From positions 1 through 62,223 of IMG/VR virus record IMGVR_UViG_3300014720_000037: 62,223 bases of DNA, one strand, 5' to 3'. This document shows positions 53,282-62,223 of the stretch, piece after piece. Below the pieces are notes generated by a model, which saw only the letters and a list, made by a program, of their open reading frames with translations, searched no databases and had not been told where the DNA came from. Origin of the DNA: a virus. Its lineage: Duplodnaviria; Caudoviricetes. The position numbers and the translations under genes were made by a program. How positions within the stretch are numbered: the first letter of the stretch is position 1; each line of letters begins with the position of its first letter.

Positions 53282-53852
53282 ATTGTTATTTTTACTTCAG
53301 CTACTATTTAAACCCAGGTAAGATATACTTTTGGTCCATTAAACTCTTTAATAGTAACAACCTCTTTTAAACTCTTTAATACTAGTTCTAATAGAGGATA
53401 AGACTTTCTAATAGTATACTTAGCAGTAACACTATTATTAATAAGATCAAGTTCAATTTTAATAAGATTTAATTGACCCTCATGTGTAGCTAATTTACTA
53501 CCTAAAAAGCCTAATATATTACTATTATTAGTAAGAGTATACTTAGTACTAAAAGTCTTTATCTCTTGTGTTGATTGACCTTCTAGTAACTCCTTATTAA
53601 CCTGTTCAATTGCAGCTTTAATTGTACCATCCTCTACATTACTAACGAGTAACTGTCCTTGTGAGTTAATAGTACTATTATTAGCCCCTACCTTCAACAA
53701 ATCAATAATCTTATTAGCAACTTGAAGTCTACCACCAATATTAAAAGCGTATGTATTTGTCATGTGTTCCGTATTTATTAATTAACTTAAATTATATTAC
53801 TACATATAAGAGCTGTCTAACAAGTAATAATGTGTAGAGACAACCCAATAAT

Positions 53853-54866
53853 CTAATTATTGTTGTCACTACTAGATTGTTGTGTCTTATCATCATCCTT
53901 ACAGAAGTCTAAATACTCTTCAACTGCAATAACAAAGTTCTGTTTAAGCTCATCTAAAGTCTTACAGAAGTCTAAATACTCTTCAACTACAATAACAAAG
54001 TTCTGTTTAAGCTCATCTAAAGTCTTACCTTCAAATGTAATAACATCAGTAATATCAGCTAATCTACCATGATACTTATTAGCTTCATCATCCCATCCAA
54101 AAGTACCAGTATATTCTTTATATAACAAGGTACTACCTAACATATTAATAGCTTTAACAATCTTATTAGGATTAACATTTAAATCCCCATCAATATCACC
54201 TACTGGCACCACCTTAGTAAAGTCAGTATAGATACCACCAACGTCAACATTAGAAGGGGCCAATTCAAATAGACCATCATTATTATTAAAGGCATCAATA
54301 TTAGTAGTCTCATCAATACTATTTGATTCTTGTCTTAACTCCTCCAAAGTCTCTGGAGTTGTAGTAACAAAACCACTAATATAAGGTGTTGTTGGATCAA
54401 TACTATCTTTACCCATACCTTCAATAGCAAGTATATGAGCAATAGGATTAATAATACCTTGTTGTTGGGCCTCTTTTATCTTAACATCAAAGTCTTCAAC
54501 AACTTTATAGGAGCCAAGTAACACATTAGATATAGTACTAATACCAATATCAGATATAAATTTATAGTACTTCTCACGATTTTTAATAATATCTAGAGAG
54601 TTAATCTTTGCATTAAACTCATTTAATTGTCTAACATAAGTGTTTAAATCTCTATCTACTATACCTGTATATACAAGTACTAACTCATCTGGATAAAAGG
54701 CTCCATCATCAAATTTACTAGTTGAAATAATAGTCTCTCTAAACTTACCAAACATCTTAATGGTTATACCAGTTATACTAATAAGACGTACTAGTAAAAA
54801 CTCCAATTCATCTGTTTTATCAGTTAGAGTCAAAGCTGTTTTAATGTCAAAAATATAATACTTCAT
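53853..54866 (-). CDS. Protein with an N-domain paralogous to 54863-55276 and a C-terminal HicB-like domain
   Basis: YKEYTGTFGWDDEANKYHGRLADITDVITFEGKTLDELKQNF..VEEYLDFC. Confidence 0.7.
   Translation of the reverse strand: MKYYIFDIKTALTLTDKTDELEFLLVRLISITGITIKMFGKFRETIISTSKFDDGAFYPDELVLVYTGIVDRDLNTYVRQLNEFNAKINSLDIIKNREKYYKFISDIGISTISNVLLGSYKVVEDFDVKIKEAQQQGIINPIAHILAIEGMGKDSIDPTTPYISGFVTTTPETLEELRQESNSIDETTNIDAFNNNDGLFELAPSNVDVGGIYTDFTKVVPVGDIDGDLNVNPNKIVKAINMLGSTLLYKEYTGTFGWDDEANKYHGRLADITDVITFEGKTLDELKQNFVIVVEEYLDFCKTLDELKQNFVIAVEEYLDFCKDDDKTQQSSSDNNN
53898..54023. repeat. 63-bp tandem duplication (one mismatch) in the HicB-like helix
   Basis: 53898-53960 and 53961-54023 both encode TLDELKQNFVI(V/A)VEEYLDFCK. 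Confidence 0.95.
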
Positions 54867-55276
54867 TTGTTTTCTTCTCTCAAAATATGTGCAATTGGAT
54901 TGATAATTTGTTGCTCTTTAACAACTCTAAGTTTATCATCAAAGTCTTCAACAACCCTGTATGAACCTAATAAAAGATCAACAATAGTATGAACTCCAAC
55001 ATCATAGAACTCTTTATAACCATCACTATCTTTAATAAGACCAGATGCAATTCTAATAAACCTATCCCGTTTATTAACATACTTTTGTAGTCTCTCTTCT
55101 ATTGCTTCTTTGGCTACAAGGACCAACTCTTCATGATAGAAGGCACATTTATTATTACCTCCACAGTTAAGAATAGAAGCAGACAAAACAAGAACTTGTA
55201 AGATAATATCTTCATAGCCCTCTTCTTTATGAGCCAAAGATAAGGCCCCTTTACCATCAAACACATAATACTTCAT
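54863..55276 (-). CDS. Hypothetical protein, paralogue of the N-terminus of 53853-54866
   Basis: Shared MKYY.FD, FY..ELVLV, LLGSY.VVEDFD and IINPIAHIL. Confidence 0.75.
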   Translation of the reverse strand: MKYYVFDGKGALSLAHKEEGYEDIILQVLVLSASILNCGGNNKCAFYHEELVLVAKEAIEERLQKYVNKRDRFIRIASGLIKDSDGYKEFYDVGVHTIVDLLLGSYRVVEDFDDKLRVVKEQQIINPIAHILREENK

Positions 55277-55788
55277 TTGTTCTAATTCTCACTAATTTGT
55301 TCAATCTTAATATAATCATAGCCGTATATATCTTCTAAATATGACATCTTATTGTTATAGTCTTCAGTGTTTATATCAACTATGAATCTAGGATGCCAAT
55401 CAACACCTTTACTATTATCATCATAGACATAAATGATATGACTAGGTTCTAATTTACAAGCTATATCATATAGCTCTTGTACATCATCATTTGTATCACA
55501 CTGTTTAGTGTTGTTAGTACCATCAAACATGTATAAATCTTCTATGTTATTATCTTTAAATAAGATGGCACCTTGAGGACACTCTTTACTACCAACAGAC
55601 ATAAACATACTAGTACTAAGACTGTAAGACAGAGATATAAACACATTATCCTTAACTGGTATTTTTGCATTCATAATACCTTTGCCTAACAACTTATACT
55701 TTACATTAGTAATATCAATCATTAATTATTAACCAACAACAATTATCTGTATATAATAGAGATATAAATACAATAAAACACAACAAAC

Positions 55789-56751
55789 ATGTATAACAAC
55801 TTACCAGACTTATCCTCTATTACTAGCTACAACTTTTATAACACAGATTGGTATATAGCAGCAGATATTGTTAAACAATATAACTTATCTACTAACTACA
55901 ATACTTACTACTCTAAATACTTCTCTAATGGCCGCTTATATGGCCCTACAACCTCATATGAGTTTAGATTGTCAGGATCATACTTAGAAGAATTTAAGAG
56001 GTTGTACGGTGCAAATAACAGTAGTTTAAATAAGAGTAATAATGCTGTCTGGTTAATTGATAGGGAGACAGTATACAAGTTATTAAACAATAATACTATT
56101 ACTAACAAGGATAAGACTAATAAGAATGTAATAACAGTTGAGTCTAATGCTGTGTCTATTGATTTACATTTAAAGCCAACCAAACAGTTATTAGAAGGCA
56201 CTGGTATTAAAGTTAGTGAGGTGCACTCACATATTATTAATTTACCTGTTTCTGGCTCAATTAATCCTAACAACATTGGTAATAATAGATACTCAGAAGA
56301 AGAGATAAGTGATGCTATTGTTCTTCTAAGTTCTAAGTTAACCAATACACCATATCAACAAGAGAAGATATTAGATGGTGGGTCTATTAGGTTAGACTTG
56401 TTTACAGCAACTAGAAGGAATGTATATGCTATAGAGCTAAAGAAGGATGTTATTACTTTGTCTATGATTAAGGAGAAGATAGAGGATAGACATTACCTAT
56501 CAACGTTGATTAGTGAGTATCCCAACTTACCAATAACATTTATATTCTCATCACCAAAGGGCATAACATTTGAGGGCCTTTTATACTTACAAGAGATATC
56601 ATCTAGTATTAAAGATCATAGGGTTATATACAAGCCAACATCAAATATAATACTTGATATGATTAATAAAAGGGAGAAAGAACTACCAACTTACTACTAC
56701 AAACAAATGCTTGATAAACCTATAATTAAATACTTATTACAAGCTGTTTAA
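55789..56751 (+). CDS. ORF6N/antirepressor-like DNA-binding domain plus a PD-(D/E)xK nuclease domain
   Basis: FRLSGSYLEEFK; IRLDLF...VYAIELKK. Confidence 0.55.
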   Translation: MYNNLPDLSSITSYNFYNTDWYIAADIVKQYNLSTNYNTYYSKYFSNGRLYGPTTSYEFRLSGSYLEEFKRLYGANNSSLNKSNNAVWLIDRETVYKLLNNNTITNKDKTNKNVITVESNAVSIDLHLKPTKQLLEGTGIKVSEVHSHIINLPVSGSINPNNIGNNRYSEEEISDAIVLLSSKLTNTPYQQEKILDGGSIRLDLFTATRRNVYAIELKKDVITLSMIKEKIEDRHYLSTLISEYPNLPITFIFSSPKGITFEGLLYLQEISSSIKDHRVIYKPTSNIILDMINKREKELPTYYYKQMLDKPIIKYLLQAV

Positions 56752-56770
56752 TAGTTATTAATAACTAACA

Positions 56771-56808
56771 TAAAAGGCCCTTTCTATTGATTTAGTTGGG
56801 GCCTTTTA
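56771..56808. terminator. Bidirectional terminator resembling 8087-8126
   Basis: TAAAAGGCCC...GGGCCTTTTA between convergent genes. Confidence 0.65.
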
Positions 56809-57239
56809 TATTATCTAATGTTATAGTCATAATCATCAGAGTGTTCTTCTGTTAGATCAATATATGTATCATCATCATCATCCATATCAATAATAGTAAA
56901 CGATAAAATATATTCTTTAAAGGCCAGTTTTACCTCTTTATTAGCAAAAGTATACTTCTGATAACACTTTCTACCCTCTCTTATAGAATAAGCTAATAAC
57001 TCATTATCTAAGAAGTAAATCCTCTCACCACACCAGCTACCACTGTCATGCCATTTATACAGCCAATAACATTTAACTCTAGTATTAGTAGCTTCTGTAT
57101 TTAAATCTATTTCAATACCAAATACTGACCTCAACATTAATTGTAAGTCATAGACATCTATAACATCTTCATTAGATTCACTCTTGTCTAACCTGTCAAT
57201 CAACTCACCTAATAACATAGAACCTACTCCATATAATAA

Positions 57240-57608
57240 CTAGTAACTAAACTCATAAAACTCAACTCTAACATTACATTTGAAAGGGGCCATCTCTAAT
57301 GTTTTATAATTACCATCTTCTAACATGGTATTACTATCACTAGGTAAGGCCCCATCAACATAGCTAACAGTTATGTGTGAGTTCCTCTTATGAGGGATAT
57401 ATTGTGGGACCACACACAACAAAGCTTGTATGTTACTATTATAACAATTAGCAATAACATCAACGGTAAACTCTTTTCCAATTAAATTCTCATAATCCTC
57501 TCTACTAACATCAAAGAACAATGTTATATGATGTAAGGATAGATTAGAATATAGCGTTTCTACATGTGTTATTGGATCTAATAAGACGGCCCACAATATA
57601 CCTCTCAT
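57240..57608 (-). CDS. 2H phosphoesterase-like protein
   Basis: Two HxT motifs, HITLF and HITVS. Confidence 0.65.
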   Translation of the reverse strand: MRGILWAVLLDPITHVETLYSNLSLHHITLFFDVSREDYENLIGKEFTVDVIANCYNSNIQALLCVVPQYIPHKRNSHITVSYVDGALPSDSNTMLEDGNYKTLEMAPFKCNVRVEFYEFSY

Positions 57609-59695
57609 ATAGTTACTCCTTTACTAAGCCTTTAACTAATAAAGTAGTATTAAGCATTAATTTCTCTCAAATTGATTTAAAACTAAAGCATTTCTTTTCT
57701 CATAAAGGTTGCCCCTTTCATCTCTTCTAATACATAGTCTTAACATATAAGTTTGCACACCAGTATTAGAATCAAAGTTGCTCTTTAATAGACCATTCTT
57801 AAGAGGTTTATTATCCTCATTATATGTGACAAAGCACAAGTTAGTAGATTGAATATACCAATTGTTAAAGTGTGGCGTACCCACTAAAAAGAGCAAACAT
57901 TCTACTTGCTCTTCACCATTATTAATAGCTTCCTCCTCAGTTGTTAGAAGAAGTTTAGCCAGCTCATATTGTTGAAGACTAAGAGTAAATGGAAACTTAC
58001 CATTTACAACTTCAGACCAAGTTTTATAAAGATAAACGCCTCTTGCATTATTACTAGTACTAACAATTAGCTTTTGCTTATCTAGGTCTTTTTGAGAATA
58101 TGTAATATAAGACCAATATGGAGCCACATTATTATTACTCAAGAACTCTTCAAACTCCTTAAATGAGTAGCAAGAATAGTGATGATTACTTTCATCCTCT
58201 AAGGCCTCTTGATATGTCTGATTAGGACCAACCGTTGTATATACTTGCTCATACATAATAGTAATATTTCTACCATAGTTAATAATAAGATCTCTCTTTG
58301 GTAGGTTTGATACACCTTCAAACAACAACTCAGTATTATTTAATACCTTAATTTTTCTAAGATCAGACATGATTACTCTCTAAATAAATGATAAATACAC
58401 AACAAAAAAGCTATTAAAAGCTTCTATCTAAATCCAAATATGCCGCCTCTTTTAAAGAGACTATAGGGACAACTTTAGACCTAAGTTTAAGTCTAAAAGG
58501 ACCAATTCTTCTTTTTCTTGTTTTTAATCTAATAGATATCATCGTATAACTAGTTATATGTTTGAATATGACTTGCAGATAATCTTGAGTAGCCCATCTT
58601 ATTTAATCTTTTAATAAGACTGGAAGAATAAGTAAGAAGACTCTCCCTATCAAAGCGTGAATGACATGTCTCATAATTAGCAGTGTTATATCTTCTTCTG
58701 TCATTTACCATATCCTCAAAGCTTATACCAGTCACTTGAGAAGGAATTGGTACAATATCCTTATAAGAATTTTCTCTCATACTTTATACACTATTTAATT
58801 GTTATTGCTTGTCTTGTCTGTTTATTTACAATGTAATACTCTTTACTATACTCATCAAAGAACGCCATAAAGTCAGTTAACTCTATGATCTGTCTTTTAT
58901 AGTTGTCAGTATAACTTTTAATTACATCTTGTTTAGACAACAAATCTTTCCACGTAGGAACAATATAAAATCTACTAATCTTATAACCAGTACATTCACT
59001 ATATTGCCCCATCTTCTTTCTATATTTAAAGCCAATTCTAGCACTATAAAGAGCCTCATATAATGAGGTGCCAACTAAGAACATCTCCAAATCATTGAAG
59101 AATTTAACCTTATATAGTCTCTTCTTACCATCTGGTTCAGGATCTTTTGATAATAATGATCCACTTACAACGCTACTCATAATACATTACCCATACTTCA
59201 TCATAATAAAAAAACAGCTCAGTTCTAACTTCCTATAATATAAAGTTTAGATAGATCATATACAAATAATATAAGGATTAAAATAGGGTCCATCAAATTA
59301 ATAATTAAATCAAAGAACATTAATACTCTAACAATAAAAAGTGTTTGTATAGCATATTGGTTTAGGCTATATTAATAAAGTAATCAGATGGCAGTATGCT
59401 TAAGAGCTTGTTTAACCACCTGATTACAAAGATTATAAGCAAACTAAACAAGCCCCATATTACTACTGTTAATAACAATATATAGATGGGGCTTGTTTAA
59501 TTTATTACTACTAATCTAATAACTTAGCTAACTATTTACTAGTTAGAAGTTCAACCCACTGTTGACCACACATTATCTTATGTGCCCGTCTAAGTGATAA
59601 AAAAGGGCCATCTATTAGATAGATTTGGCCTCTTATATCTTTCTTTAATATGTAATATCTCTTACTAGTTAAAAATAAAAACATATAAGTTTATA

Positions 59696-60304
59696 TTAGT
59701 TATATAGGTATTCTTTTTGTAACTTATTATGAGCTAGTCTATAGTCTAAAGTTCTACGTTTAACATTGAATAATTTACAATATTCTTCTTTCGTATATAA
59801 AGTATTATCAACTATAACTCTTACACTTGATCTTCTATTATTAGCCTGTTGTTTAGGAGTGGCCCAAACACAATTCTCTTTATAATAGCCTTTATTACAA
59901 TCAAGTCTTTCAATGCTTAGTCCTTTATTCCAAGTACTTAACATATCCTCTAAAAAGTTATTGAAAGAAGCCAACCACTCATCACAGACAGTAATACCTC
60001 TAGCACCATATAAATCATAGTCTTTATTATTAGTGTTATAACATCTGTTTTTCATGCAGTAATAAGCTTTATATATAGGATGTTTTCTATATCCATGTCT
60101 ATAACTCATTGCAGCTAATTGTTCTTTTTTAAGACATCCACAAGACTCAGTATCTCCTCTGCTAAGTTCAGCTTGATGTACTATTTTATAATTAGAACAA
60201 TCACATAAACACATATAATGTTTACCCTTTCTTTTAAAAGGCCCTATAGCATAATCTATTACTTTCAGTCTTCCAAATCTCTTATTTATGAATTTATCTT
60301 GCAT
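59696..60304 (-). CDS. HNH-type homing endonuclease
   Basis: FGRLKV, CLCDC, SCGC, YGARGITVCDEW and SIERLDCNKGYYKENCVWATPKQQANNR. Confidence 0.85.
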   Translation of the reverse strand: MQDKFINKRFGRLKVIDYAIGPFKRKGKHYMCLCDCSNYKIVHQAELSRGDTESCGCLKKEQLAAMSYRHGYRKHPIYKAYYCMKNRCYNTNNKDYDLYGARGITVCDEWLASFNNFLEDMLSTWNKGLSIERLDCNKGYYKENCVWATPKQQANNRRSSVRVIVDNTLYTKEEYCKLFNVKRRTLDYRLAHNKLQKEYLYN

Positions 60305-61240
60305 GAAATAATATAGTTTAATCTAATTCTTTCGCATTTAATTTATAACAAGGGGGATTAGAAGGGTAAATTGTCCTTGGGTCAGCACAGCTTCTAGGAT
60401 CTTGACTATAAGCGTTAGCATTAGATACAAACATGTTACTAATAATACTTACATTAACCAAGCCAATCATTGAACTAATTATAAGACTTCCAATTACTTT
60501 AAACATATATTTCTCTTGTTTTTATTTATATTTAATTCTAATTATACAATAACAATTCAATCAACTTATAAGCTTATTAGTATCAATTCTAACAAGATTT
60601 ATATAAGTTATATAGTTGTTATTACTGCTAATATTACTACTCATTAAACATTGATTCTAATAAAACTAGCACACTTAAAATGGGCCAGAATAACACATTT
60701 ATAAAAGGCACCACATAATACACAAGAATCTTTAAATCATTATTACTCATAGTACTAAATAATAACCAGTTATCTTGTATATACTCCTTACTTGATTTAA
60801 CATATGTCTCAAACTCTAATAAAGTTAAAATGGTGCCAATTATAATCCAAATACTGAATCCAATAGCTAATTCCATTATTACCTCTGTTTATTACTATTA
60901 ATATTATTATTACTATTACTAATTAACAGTTGATACAATGCTTTTATATTGCCTTTTGTCATATCTTTAAAGGTGTTATAAAGCCGCCAATTATTAGGTA
61001 TATTATTAATCATAATACATATATCATCAACTACTCTATACAACCTATTATTACTGATTTTAACAATAGTAAAAGCGCCATTCTCACACATATAAACTCT
61101 AATAATATTACTATTATTACTATTATTATTACTGTTTATAATATGGTTCTTGTTAAATAAGTGACTTGCATTAATCACCCTACAATCATCAATACTACTT
61201 CTATACATAATATTATTATCTATTATTACTATCCAAACAC

Positions 61241-61409
61241 ATGACAAAACAAACAAGTAAACCTGGTCTATATGCCAACATTCATGCTAAAAGAGCAAGG
61301 ATTAAAGCTGGCTCTAATGAGAGGATGAGACCAGTTGGATCAAAAAAAGGGGAGGGGGCCAACTGCAAATAACTTTAAACAGGCTGCTAAAACTGCTAAG
61401 AAGAAATAG
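61241..61409 (+). CDS. Small basic phage protein, frameshifted in a homopolymer tract near 61341-61358
   Basis: MTKQTSKPGLYANIHAKRARIKAGSNERMRPVGS...PTANNFKQAAKTAKKK*. Confidence 0.6.

Positions 61410-62223
<814 letters not shown>

Noticed and set aside
53898-54023. Diversity-generating retroelement template/variable repeat pair
   Set aside because: The copies are directly tandem and in frame with a single mismatch, and no reverse transcriptase is in the window.
460-56345. Antisense shadow ORFs (e.g. 460-651, 2252-2539, 4038-4364, 15542-15748, 23390-23692, 38297-38575, 41110-41376, 43074-43364, 49226-49507, 55908-56345)
   Set aside because: They overlap better-supported genes on the opposite strand and show Leu/Ser-rich antisense composition with no motifs.
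59380-59640. HEARO-like or intron-like RNA downstream of the HNH gene
   Set aside because: Only two isolated stem-loops are present (about 59380-59427 and 59446-59499), with no group I core motifs. The adjacent part can encode a ~50-aa minus-strand ORF.

Overview
This is an AT-rich (about 30% GC by eye), gene-dense segment of a large dsDNA phage genome. It is most likely a freshwater cyanophage, given NblA, RlpA, a cyanobacterial-type GH19 endolysin and a cyanobacterial-type TnpB. Most genes lie on the minus strand. They include RecA, a MoxR-like AAA/VWA pair, rIIA/rIIB, Pth, Thg1, YqeY, a Nudix hydrolase, an RNA ligase, a DEDD exonuclease and about 14 small paralogues ending in an LLxMAIY-like motif. 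Scattered plus-strand genes encode structural or lysis proteins and homing endonucleases. Mobile elements are a group I intron with a LAGLIDADG ORF in rIIB, a TnpB-only IS, three GIY-YIG/AP2-like endonucleases (two sit between duplicated copies of a neighbouring gene's 3' end) and HNH genes. The standout is a minus-strand locus at about 35.8-41.5 kb. In transcription order it holds an Rnl5-type RNA ligase, an array of seven covarying hairpin units (9-bp stem, invariant CAGCAA, variable insert), a DUF2828 Ro60-like vWA gene, an eighth unit, tRNA-Leu and a DIP1984-like coiled-coil gene. A 324-nt structured RNA with AAAG repeats lies further downstream. One array unit holds a circularly permuted tRNA elbow (T-arm before D-arm, as in bacterial YrlA Y RNAs) and others hold anticodon-like stem-loops. 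This suggests a multi-RNA Ro/Y-like tRNA-mimic or RNA-repair system. Several genes are split by single-base insertions, mostly in homopolymer runs, which are probably sequencing errors. All family assignments come from recognising motifs by eye; no database searches were run.
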